Shown here: piece after piece, positions 17,842 to 26,457 of the stretch
Layout of the letters: each line of letters begins with the position of its first letter
Numbering within the stretch: the first letter of the stretch is position 1
Assembly: GCA_963826715.1 (NCBI GenBank)
Contig: CAWGYA010000008.1
Coordinates: 1,028,415-1,068,414 of the forward strand
Direction of reading: 5' to 3'
DNA length: 40,000 nucleotides
From: Candidatus Bathyarchaeota archaeon
GTDB taxonomy: Archaea > Thermoproteota > Bathyarchaeia > Bathyarchaeales > Bathycorpusculaceae
Made by a program: the position numbers and the translations under genes
The notes under the pieces: model-generated
What the model was told of the DNA's origin: nothing
The model's database searches: none
What the model saw: only the letters and a program-made list of their open reading frames with translations

Positions 17842-19152
17842 TTAGACGTACTTTCTTAAGTCAACTTTGATGTAATCAACTTTACTAAAGCCTTTGCCAG
17901 TTGAAACCAGAGGTGCCGTCGCATCTAAGCCTGCTTTTGCAGTAGTCGCTTTTTTGCCCTCTGAGAGATCCCCTGATGGGTCCAGTGATGAGCCGGGCTG
18001 GTTGCTGAGAATGATAGAGTTTTTATCAGCTTGGAAACGGGTGGCAATTGCCCATTCTACATCGTGTGGGTCATAGATGTTAATGTCTTCATCTACAATG
18101 ACGCAGTGTTTCAGTGAGCCGTGACCTTTGAAGGTGGCCGCTATTGCTTTTTTGCCATCTTCTGCATCTTGTTTTTTGATTTGGACTACGGCGTGGAGCC
18201 AACTGCATCCTCCGGGTGTGATGTAAACGTCTTTGCATTGGCACACTTTGTTAACTTCTTTAAAGATAGTGGGTTCTTTAGGCATGCCCATGAGGAATTT
18301 GTGTTCATTTCGGCCAGCCAAAATCGTTTGGTAAATTGGGTTTTTTCGGTGGGTTATGCATTTGATTTCGACAATGGGTTGCTGGCGGGTTCGGTCTACG
18401 ATGCCTGTTAAGTCAAGGAAGGGCCCCTCTGTGGCTTTCTCTTTGGTTATTTTGCCTTCGAGGACGAATTCGCAATCGGCGGGGACTTCAGTCTCAATAG
18501 TTTTGCATTTTACAATATCTGTTTTTTCCAGCGCGTTTGCCATACCTAGTTCATCAATTCCCATAGGCATGGTAGTGGCTGCTGAAAGCAATGTTGATGT
18601 GGCGTTGCCGATGCAGATCGCAATGTCCAATTCGCCTCCTGCTTTTTTGAGTATAGTATCGGTGCCGCGGTTTTCTACTATACGGGCTACGAATTGGTTT
18701 TTGTCTTTAAGCATCAATCGATGGAAGCACATGTTTCGGTTGCCTGTTTCGGGGTCTTTAACTATTGATACTGCTGAGGCTATGTATTTGCCGCCGTCTT
18801 GGTTAGTGTATTGCATGATGGGTAGTTTAGTTAAGTCTACTTCGTTTTCAACTACTTCTTGGCAGGTTGCATTGGAGATTTTCTGAGGTGATTGGGGATT
18901 TTCTATTGCGCTTAATAGTTTTGGCAAAAGTTGCTCTTTGGTTATCCCCATGGAGCGGCAGATGAGTTCTTTTGAAGAAACCAGACCAGCTATCACAGGG
19001 TATTTAGATTCCATTACATTCTCGAAATAAACTGGTTTTTCCCCGAGTGCTGCGATTATACCTGCCATCTCATATTCGGCTGTTACGGGTTTAGTAATTT
19101 TTGTTAATTCACCATTTTTTTGGAGTTGGTGGATGAATTCTCTTAAGCCCAT
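17842..19152 (-). CDS. UbiD-family decarboxylase; putative anhydromevalonate phosphate decarboxylase
   Basis: 436-aa UbiD-like protein ('NRNMCFHRLMLKD','GPFLDLTG'), first gene of the UbiD-AcnX-AcnX operon. Confidence 0.82.
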   Translation of the reverse strand: MGLREFIHQLQKNGELTKITKPVTAEYEMAGIIAALGEKPVYFENVMESKYPVIAGLVSSKELICRSMGITKEQLLPKLLSAIENPQSPQKISNATCQEVVENEVDLTKLPIMQYTNQDGGKYIASAVSIVKDPETGNRNMCFHRLMLKDKNQFVARIVENRGTDTILKKAGGELDIAICIGNATSTLLSAATTMPMGIDELGMANALEKTDIVKCKTIETEVPADCEFVLEGKITKEKATEGPFLDLTGIVDRTRQQPIVEIKCITHRKNPIYQTILAGRNEHKFLMGMPKEPTIFKEVNKVCQCKDVYITPGGCSWLHAVVQIKKQDAEDGKKAIAATFKGHGSLKHCVIVDEDINIYDPHDVEWAIATRFQADKNSIILSNQPGSSLDPSGDLSEGKKATTAKAGLDATAPLVSTGKGFSKVDYIKVDLRKYV

Positions 19153-19435
19153 CGTGGTTCGCCTTTTGGTCCAACTTTATACTTGATTGTTTCTTAAAAA
19201 ACAATCGCATAGTTAAAAATTGGGCTATTTCTCTAAGTGAGTTTAAATCCTTGAATGAGAGTTATACGTTGTAAGTCAGTGGTTTTGGAACGGTAAAATG
19301 CTAAGTCTTCAATCTTACAATCAAATTCATATCAGATTTGTCTCTAAGATAAAAAGCAATTTCCCGTATTTCCATAAAAAACTAACTCTGACTTCAGTAT
19401 AAAACGGTTAATTAAAGATATTGAGGAAAAATAAA

Positions 19436-21076
19436 ATGGCATATTTAACGCAAACCCAGAGTGGTCAACCAGTTCTCATCTTGAAAGAAGGAACATCTCG
19501 AAGCAGAGGCAAAGAAGCCCAAAGAAACAACATTATGGCCGCTCGAGTAGTCGGTGAAGTACTAAAAACCACTCTGGGTCCAAGAGGCATGGATAAAATG
19601 TTAATCGATAGCCTAGGCGACATAACAATAACCAATGATGGTGCCACAATTTTAAAGGAAATAGATGTGGAGCATCCCGCTGCAAAAATGATGATTGAAA
19701 TCGCAAAAACTCAAGACGACATGGTGGGCGATGGAACTACAAGTGCTGTCGTACTTGCAAGTGAGTTACTCAAAAAAGCCGAGGAACTACTTGACCAAAA
19801 CATACACCCAATCATACTCGTAGCAGGATATCGTAAAGCAGCACAAAAAGCAATGGAAATAATTGAGAAAAATGCTGTGGGTATCGATGTTGAGGATCAA
19901 AAAATGATGATGAAAGTTGCTTTGACGTCAATGGGAAGCAAAGCAGTGGGTGGTGCTAAAGAGCACTTTGCAAAAATAGCAATTGAAGCTGTCAAGCAAG
20001 TGTCTGAAAAGCATGCTGATAAGGTAATAGCAGACATAGATAACGTACAACTGGTAAAGAAGACGGGTAAAAGCCTAATCGAGACACAACTCGTTAGAGG
20101 TATAATCATCGACAAAGAAATCGTACATTCAGGGATGCCCAAAAAGAAAGAAAACGCTAAAATCGCGCTTATAGATATGGCCTTAGAGATTGAAAAAACT
20201 GAAATGACTGCGGAAATACGCATACATGAGCCAAATCAGATGAAAGCTTTTCTAGATCAAGAGGATAGCACACTCAAAGAGATGGTGACCAAGATTAAAA
20301 CTTCAGGCGCAGATATTGTATTCTCTCAGAAAGGCATTGACGACATTGTTCAGCACTTCCTTGCGAAAGAAGGCATTATTGCTGCACGTAGAGTCAAAGA
20401 GTCAGACATGGAAAAACTCGCAAGAGCAACAGGTGGACGAGTAAGTTCTAACTTGAATGATTTAAAGCCAGGAGACTTGGGTTTTGCGGGGTTAGTGGAG
20501 GAACGTAAAATTGGCGACGACAAAATGATTTTTGTGGAAAAATGCAAAGATCCTCATTCTGTAGCCATATTGATACGGGCAGGACTTGAAAGAATGGTGG
20601 ATGAAGCTGAAAGAGTAATTATCGATGCGTTATCAGTAATTTCAGACGTTACAGAAAACAATAAAATCGTGGCTGGCGGCGGAGCAATCGAAATGGAAAT
20701 CGCAAAAGAACTAAGAAACTACTCAATCAAAGTCGGCGGAAGACAACAAATGGCAGTAGAAGCTTTTGCGGATGCAGTCGAAGTAATCCCACGGACACTT
20801 GCAGAGAATGGAGGCTTAGAAGCAATGGATATACTCATAGAATTACGTCAAGTTCACGATAAAGGAGACGGCAAATTCATGGGCATTAACATCTTTACTG
20901 GCAAACTGCAAAATAGCGTTGAAAACGGAATTATCGAACCAATAGTGGTTAAAGAGCAAGCTATAAAATCAGCAGCCGAATCAGCAGCTATGATACTACG
21001 TGTAGACGATATTATCACAGCCAAATCGCCCAAAGGTGGTCCAGGAGGTATGCCTGGCGGTATGGGTGGAGAATAA
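19436..21076 (+). CDS. ths: Thermosome subunit (group II chaperonin)
   Basis: 'LGPRGMDKML', 'ITNDGATILKE', 'VGDGTTSAVVLA', 'VAGGGAIEME' and a C-terminal 'GGMPGGMGGE' tail. ATG at 19436 with GAGG upstream; the track start at 19421 is TTG. Confidence 0.95.
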   Translation: MAYLTQTQSGQPVLILKEGTSRSRGKEAQRNNIMAARVVGEVLKTTLGPRGMDKMLIDSLGDITITNDGATILKEIDVEHPAAKMMIEIAKTQDDMVGDGTTSAVVLASELLKKAEELLDQNIHPIILVAGYRKAAQKAMEIIEKNAVGIDVEDQKMMMKVALTSMGSKAVGGAKEHFAKIAIEAVKQVSEKHADKVIADIDNVQLVKKTGKSLIETQLVRGIIIDKEIVHSGMPKKKENAKIALIDMALEIEKTEMTAEIRIHEPNQMKAFLDQEDSTLKEMVTKIKTSGADIVFSQKGIDDIVQHFLAKEGIIAARRVKESDMEKLARATGGRVSSNLNDLKPGDLGFAGLVEERKIGDDKMIFVEKCKDPHSVAILIRAGLERMVDEAERVIIDALSVISDVTENNKIVAGGGAIEMEIAKELRNYSIKVGGRQQMAVEAFADAVEVIPRTLAENGGLEAMDILIELRQVHDKGDGKFMGINIFTGKLQNSVENGIIEPIVVKEQAIKSAAESAAMILRVDDIITAKSPKGGPGGMPGGMGGE

Positions 21077-21350
21077 TTTTTCTCCCCTTATTTTTGACTA
21101 AGAAACGCTTTTTGTTGTACCGTAAAAAAATTGCCTTGTTGGTCATGAAAAATAAGGCTGTTTTTCACAGTGAACTCTCAATTTGCTTATTGTCAACTCT
21201 CTGTTTTGTCTACATTAAAAACCCTCTCAAATACTATTCCATTATTATTGTTTTGGCTCAAGAGGGCGTTAGGTTTAAAGGAAAGTAAGAGTATCTTCAA
21301 TAAAAAGCTGGTAACTTTTAAAAGGTTTCAAAACTTTAGCTGGTTTAAGG

Positions 21351-22379
21351 ATGAAGCAAGTATCCAATAATTCTGTTCTTGAAAATAATTCTCACCATTT
21401 CTCGGAAAAATTTCGGATGGGCTTCAGAGTTTATAGCGGTTTGATCTCAAATTTGTGCGGTGTGAGGGCTCCAATCTTTTGCGGGCACAAGTTGACCTAC
21501 AATTGTAATTTACAATGCAAAATGTGTCCTTTCTGGAAAAGAAGCAGCCCCAACTCAAGTTTGAACCAGGAAAAATTAATTATAAAAGAGATTTACAATT
21601 CTGGTGCCTGCGGAGTTGCCTTTGAAGGCGGGGAACCGCTTCTTAGAAATGATTTGGCTGAAATTCTGGCTTTCTCCAGGTCTTTACCTTTGCATACCAG
21701 CCTTATAACTAACGGGACTTTGCTCGCAGCCAGAATAGATGAGATAGCTCCACATATTAACGGTGTTGTTTATGTTTCCTTAGATGGTCAAGAAAAAACT
21801 CATGATGCTATCCGAGGAGTAAGTGGTAGCTTTCGAAAAGCAATACAAGGAATAGAATCGGCGAAAGAAAAAGTTGCTGTAACCATAAACACCACTGTCA
21901 TGGATGATAATATAAATGAAATAGAAGGAATGGTAGAGTTAGCTAAGGAGTTGGGTATTAAAATATCTTTAGCTGTAGCCCACGAATACTGCACCGCCAA
22001 CGTATCCTCACCTGCAACTGACAAAATACCAAAAATAGCCCATACTCTTATACAAATGAAGCAGGAAGGTTATCCAATAGTCAATTCAATCGGTTACTTC
22101 AAGGTGATAGCTAAAGAGAAAAAATGGCAATGCCGCCCCTGGGCGATGGTAAACGTTGATCCCCATGGAAACCTGGTTTTGCCCTGCTATGTCCACAAAG
22201 ATTACGCGAGCGGCACCTCTATCTTTGAAAAAGGTATCAAAAGAGCATTATCTGATTTTGATTGGAAAAAAATAGAAAACTGCCAAAGATGCAATCTTCA
22301 TTGTTATGTTGAGCCTTCGTTAGTGCTTTCACGAGAAATCAGTGCGTATATGCATTGGGCATTTCGTGTAAACTTGTAA
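21351..22379 (+). CDS. Radical SAM protein with C-terminal auxiliary Cys motifs (SPASM/twitch-like)
   Basis: 'CNLQCKMCPFW' (CxxxCxxC), 'GGEPLL', and C-terminal 'WQCRPW...LPCYVH...CQRCNLHCY'. Confidence 0.75.
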   Translation: MKQVSNNSVLENNSHHFSEKFRMGFRVYSGLISNLCGVRAPIFCGHKLTYNCNLQCKMCPFWKRSSPNSSLNQEKLIIKEIYNSGACGVAFEGGEPLLRNDLAEILAFSRSLPLHTSLITNGTLLAARIDEIAPHINGVVYVSLDGQEKTHDAIRGVSGSFRKAIQGIESAKEKVAVTINTTVMDDNINEIEGMVELAKELGIKISLAVAHEYCTANVSSPATDKIPKIAHTLIQMKQEGYPIVNSIGYFKVIAKEKKWQCRPWAMVNVDPHGNLVLPCYVHKDYASGTSIFEKGIKRALSDFDWKKIENCQRCNLHCYVEPSLVLSREISAYMHWAFRVNL

Positions 22380-22880
22380 CTCAAAGGTTTAGCGATCACA
22401 ACACTGACGTTGATTTTATTGATTATAATTCTGCAATTTATGACTAATATTCATTTTAGTGGTGGCCTGGTAGTTCCCTGTTTGCTCGGAAACGAACAAG
22501 AAGTCCACCGCTATTTAGGGATTAAGAAAAAAAGCTGTTTAGCAGGTGCAATCCGAAAAAATACTTCTTGGTAAACTTGCTTTCAATGATATATTCTTTG
22601 AAGCGAAAATACGCTTATTAAAGGCATTACATCAAATACGCATGGGCAAAGCATTTGAGCGAGAAAGAATTCACACAGATGTTAGTCGAAGCTGGATATT
22701 CTGAACGGTTAGCTACTATTATAGAGAAGTGGTATAGTTCGCATTAAAGTCTTCCCAAAAATTGGGTCTAACTTGTGGAACGAAGCCAATAGTTTAAAAA
22801 CGCGAGGATAAGAAAAGATAGTATTATAGTCATCAAAAACTGATTGACTTTTGATGAAATTGAACAAAATTCTATATTGG

Positions 22881-23615
22881 TTATACAATATGGCCAACTA
22901 CACTTAGGTAGATTGTGCTTTCTTTCTCTCCATTAACACCTACAACTGAATTAACTGCATCATCAAAAAACGCACCTATTTGGCATGATCCGCAGGATAT
23001 GCTCGTCGCAGCCAAAGCCAAGTTTTCTGCTATATGCCCGGCATCCAAATATATGTAGCGATAAGCCCTTTGGGCGTATTTCCACTTTGACCTCTCAAAA
23101 ATAGCAGTCCAAACAAAAACCACCGCCGCAGTAGCACAAATTGATTGCCCTAAAGCAGCTTGCGATAAGTCCGAACCAAACTTTCCAGATTTCAATAACT
23201 CCAACGAGTGGTCTTTTATGTTATAGTGATAGACCCCTTTTTCAAGATTCTCAACCGTGTTAACAACTAAGTATGTTTCGATAGGATAGAGCGCTCCGGC
23301 TGAGGGTGCGGTTCTGAACTCGTAGTTCTTATCTATTCTCTGGATACCTGTCGACGCCCAAAGTAAAAATGCCAATTCGGATTTTTTTAAAGGTTCGCTT
23401 GAAAAAGTCCGAATACTTTTTCGATTACTAAGGATTGTAGCAAAATAATTTTTGCCATCAGAGGTTGGAATTGGTAAAGGTTCAGTTTTTATTTGAGAAT
23501 ATGTTTTGTAGGTTTCTGGTTTGGTTGTCCAATTCAAACTTGGTGGGAACCTCGTGTCCCGAGTGTATTTGGTAGCTTTTTGAAAATCGTCTCCTACAGT
23601 TGACATATTTTCCAT
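22881..23615 (-). CDS. SagB/ThcOx-family (nitroreductase-fold) FMN dehydrogenase
   Basis: 244 aa with 'NRKSIRTFS', 'RTAPSAGALYPIETYLVV', 'KGVYHYN', 'KYAQRAYRYIYLDAGHIAENLALAA', 'GAFFDD'. Confidence 0.85.
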   Translation of the reverse strand: MENMSTVGDDFQKATKYTRDTRFPPSLNWTTKPETYKTYSQIKTEPLPIPTSDGKNYFATILSNRKSIRTFSSEPLKKSELAFLLWASTGIQRIDKNYEFRTAPSAGALYPIETYLVVNTVENLEKGVYHYNIKDHSLELLKSGKFGSDLSQAALGQSICATAAVVFVWTAIFERSKWKYAQRAYRYIYLDAGHIAENLALAATSISCGSCQIGAFFDDAVNSVVGVNGEKESTIYLSVVGHIV

Positions 23616-23616
23616 A

Positions 23617-25317
23617 TCACCTATCTGTGCATGAGAAGCAAGGGTCTAAGCTGACAAAGTTGCTGGGAACATCAGCTATGCTTTCGCCTATTGCAGTCTT
23701 TAGGAATGATGGTATGTTAGCGAATGTTGGTGTCCGGATTTTTACGCGGTCCGGCATGTCTGTGCCGTTACTCTTTACGTAGTAAAAGAGTTCACCTCTG
23801 GGAGCTTCCAAACTGCAAACTGCTTCGCCAACTGGAACAGAACGCGAAGCGTCCACCCTGATTGGACCAGCCGGTAAATGATCGAGCGCAAATTCAATTA
23901 TTTTTATGCTTTCTTCAACTTCATCCAAACGAACGTTCATTCTTGACCAAACATCACCATCGCTATAAACTATTTCTTTGAACGGAATCTCTCTATATGC
24001 TTCGTAGGGTAGGTCTTTTCGGACGTCCATATCCACCCCTGAGCCTCTAGCAACCGGTCCCACAACGGAGAGTTTCAATGCATCTTCTCGGCTTAATATG
24101 CCAATGTCTTTCATGCGGAGGCGTAATGTGGGTTCATCAAGGTAGATTTTTCGGTAAAAAGGAAGTTTTTCCATAAGATCTGCAAGGGCTGACTTGATTT
24201 TTGGGAATTGCTCGGCGTTAATGTCTCTTCGGACGCCACCGATGGTAATTAGTGAACCGTAGACGCGGTTGCCGCTTGTTAATTCGATTAAATCCATAAT
24301 TGGTTCACGATCTCTCCAGAAGTATTGGAATACCGTTTCATAACCGATTTCTAAGGCTGCATGACCTAAGGTTAAGAGGTGACTATGTAACCTATTTAAT
24401 TCCATGGCGATTACCCTTAGGTATTTGGCGCGTTCTGGAATCGCGGTTTTTAAAATTTTTTCCACTGCGCCGACGAATCCATATGCATGAGCTGGGTTGC
24501 AGATTCCACAAACCCTTTCCACCAAATAAATGTCCTGCAAATAGGTTCTTGACTCAGTAGTTTTTTCTATGCCCCGGTGAACGTATCCGATGCGTGGTTC
24601 GACTTGGGTAACAGTTTCTCCGTCAACGGTAACTGAGAATTTTTCAGGCTCCAAAAGCGCAGGGTGTTGTGGACCTATGATTATTTTTACTTGTCTGCCT
24701 TCCGCCGCTTTGTTAGCTTCCCTTTCTGGAGTTGGAACCAGTTTTATCTCTGAAGCTTTGACGTCTTTACGCAGGGGATAGACGCCATCTGGCCAATTTT
24801 CTGAAAGTACAAAGTGCCCGTTGAATTCGTTTCCTATGAACACAACACCCATAAGATCAGTTACTTCGAGTTCATGGAAGTTTGCGCCCGGATGAATATC
24901 AACAACGGTTTTTATTTTAGGGTTTGCCTTCGGAACTTCAGCTTTAATTGTGAAAAAGGATTTCGATGTATGAACATGGTAATATACACCCAAGTTTAAG
25001 CCTAAATCCAAACCTGAAATGGCGGTTATGCCAGTTTTTTCATCGGCCTCTATTATGGCTTTTAGGACATCGTGGTGTAAGCCGTTGTTTGCCAAAAACG
25101 AGGCTTCGCCATTTACATTTTTTTGAATTGGGACTTTATTACCGAACTTTGATTCAATTAAATTTATGATATTTACATAACCGTTTGACACTTGGTTTGC
25201 CCCTTCAAGTAGGATATACTCTTGTTGCTCAGACTTAGAACCTCCAACACCGAAAATAACATTATTTTTTGATTGAATCCTATTTTCGGTTAAATTATTA
25301 CTCTTGAAGAAATTCAT
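23617..25317 (-). CDS. HycE-like NuoC-NuoD fusion: group-4-type [NiFe]-hydrogenase large subunit homolog
   Basis: The N-terminal ~190 aa are NuoC/30-kDa-like. 'RVCGICNPAH' is the L1 motif. The C-terminus 'DPCFSCTDR*' is the L2 motif and ends at the stop. ATG at 25317; an alternative TTG lies at 25335. Confidence 0.82.
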   Translation of the reverse strand: MNFFKSNNLTENRIQSKNNVIFGVGGSKSEQQEYILLEGANQVSNGYVNIINLIESKFGNKVPIQKNVNGEASFLANNGLHHDVLKAIIEADEKTGITAISGLDLGLNLGVYYHVHTSKSFFTIKAEVPKANPKIKTVVDIHPGANFHELEVTDLMGVVFIGNEFNGHFVLSENWPDGVYPLRKDVKASEIKLVPTPEREANKAAEGRQVKIIIGPQHPALLEPEKFSVTVDGETVTQVEPRIGYVHRGIEKTTESRTYLQDIYLVERVCGICNPAHAYGFVGAVEKILKTAIPERAKYLRVIAMELNRLHSHLLTLGHAALEIGYETVFQYFWRDREPIMDLIELTSGNRVYGSLITIGGVRRDINAEQFPKIKSALADLMEKLPFYRKIYLDEPTLRLRMKDIGILSREDALKLSVVGPVARGSGVDMDVRKDLPYEAYREIPFKEIVYSDGDVWSRMNVRLDEVEESIKIIEFALDHLPAGPIRVDASRSVPVGEAVCSLEAPRGELFYYVKSNGTDMPDRVKIRTPTFANIPSFLKTAIGESIADVPSNFVSLDPCFSCTDR

Positions 25318-25463
25318 TTCATTTCTTTTAACCAAGAGTGTAATTCCAAAGAGTCCGATTGTAAGATATAAGTTGTTTTGTTTTTGGTTACTCTGCTTTC
25401 TGGAAGCTCAAAGAGCAGCTTTAACTAAAAGATCTTTTGCAAAACTTGTTCTCAGTCTTCATT

Positions 25464-25470
25464 AAAAAAA
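25464..25470 (-). terminator. Oligo-T (T7) run 30 nt after the DsrE-like stop
   Basis: The minus strand reads 'CCTTTTTTTAATG' downstream of the stop at 25501. This probably separates the sulfur operon from the HycE-like/SagB pair. Confidence 0.4.
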
Positions 25471-25500
25471 GGAATTGGTGAAAGTGTCGAGATCGGATTG

Positions 25501-25920
25501 CTAAATGAACATGGAAACGTCTGCGCCAGAAGCAATGTCAAGGAAGGTTGCAGCACCGACCATGTTATCTACTTCTGGAATAAGGTCTTCTCTTTTGATT
25601 CCAAACATTTCCATAGTTGGAGTACATGCGTATATTGTACATAGACCAGATTTTTTAAGGCGCTTAAGCATATCGTAAGGCGTGGGGTATTTCATGCGTT
25701 CTAAATTCTTTCGCATTGTCTCTTCCAGATGTTTGTAGTCTCCGGGTAAAACTGCTTTTTCCATGGCTCCTTTTGCTAGACTTTGTAGCCCCCAAAATGT
25801 GAAGTAAAGGTGAGCTTCCCAACCCATAGCTACAGATGTGGAGGCTAAAATAAATGCACAATATAGTTTATCGATCGTTCCACTTTGAACAACTAGAGCT
25901 AATTTCTTTGTTTGACTCAT
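25501..25920 (-). CDS. DsrE/DsrF/DrsH-like family protein
   Basis: 'KKLALVVQSGTIDKLYCAFILASTSVAMGWEAHLYFTFWGL' and 'IYACTPTMEMFG'. The ATG at 25920 shares an ATGA overlap with the upstream mini-ORF. Confidence 0.75.
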   Translation of the reverse strand: MSQTKKLALVVQSGTIDKLYCAFILASTSVAMGWEAHLYFTFWGLQSLAKGAMEKAVLPGDYKHLEETMRKNLERMKYPTPYDMLKRLKKSGLCTIYACTPTMEMFGIKREDLIPEVDNMVGAATFLDIASGADVSMFI

Positions 25921-26069
25921 TTTTTTATCTCCTTTTTTTCTTGAGGTGCACAATTTTGACAGCAAAAACTTACTGTTTTCCCATTTATTTCGGTTGAGTA
26001 AGTTGCAAGTTCACAAGCTTCTCCTGGGCTTTCTGTATCGCAGCAATTACACTTGTTCTCTTTTTTCAT
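25917..26069 (-). CDS. Cys-rich 50-aa miniprotein (TRASH/YHS-like pattern), absent from the ORF track
   Basis: Hand translation gives MKKENKCNCCDTESPGEACELATYSTEINGKTVSFCCQNCAPQEKKEIKK*. Its start overlaps the iscU stop (TAATG) and its stop overlaps the dsrE-like start (ATGA). Confidence 0.6.
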   Translation of the reverse strand: MKKENKCNCCDTESPGEACELATYSTEINGKTVSFCCQNCAPQEKKEIKK

Positions 26070-26455
26070 TATTCCACCTCTTTTTTACCTGTTTTCTTTT
26101 TTTCATAGTCCTCTATAGCCGCATGAAGTGCATCAGCCGCTAAGTTTGAGCAATGCATCTTTACTGGTGGAAGACCCCCGAGAGAGTCGGCAACACTTGC
26201 GCGCGTTATTTTCATTGCCTCATCCAAGGTTTTTCCCTTTGCAAGTTCAGTTGTCATACTGCTTGTAGCAATAGCGGCTCCGCAACCGTATGTTTTGAAT
26301 TTAACGTCTTCTATGCGATTCTCTTTAACTTTAATGTACATTGTCATCATGTCTCCGCAGGTTGGGTTTCCTACTGAACCCACACCATCGGCATCGGGAA
26401 TTTCTCCCATGTTTTGAGGTTTTTTAAAATGTTCCATTACTTTTTCAGAATACAT
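26069..26455 (-). CDS. iscU: Fe-S cluster scaffold IscU/NifU-N
   Basis: 128 aa with 'GNPTCGDMM', 'FKTYGCGAAIATSS', 'MHCSNLAADAL'. Confidence 0.92.
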   Translation of the reverse strand: MYSEKVMEHFKKPQNMGEIPDADGVGSVGNPTCGDMMTMYIKVKENRIEDVKFKTYGCGAAIATSSMTTELAKGKTLDEAMKITRASVADSLGGLPPVKMHCSNLAADALHAAIEDYEKKKTGKKEVE

Positions 26456-26457
26456 AA

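Noticed and set aside
21094-21370. Track ORFs 21094-21288 and 21170-21370 downstream of the thermosome gene
   Set aside because: They are AT-rich, hydrophobic or low-complexity translations that overlap each other in an intergenic, promoter/terminator-like region.
22622-22747. Short plus-strand frame '...AWAKHLSEKEFTQMLVEAGYSERLATIIEKWYSSH*'
   Set aside because: It looks protein-like, but the frame is open for only ~41 codons and the only ATG gives 22 aa. It may be a gene fragment, but I cannot support a call. The overlapping track ORF 22709-22897 (-) also looks spurious.
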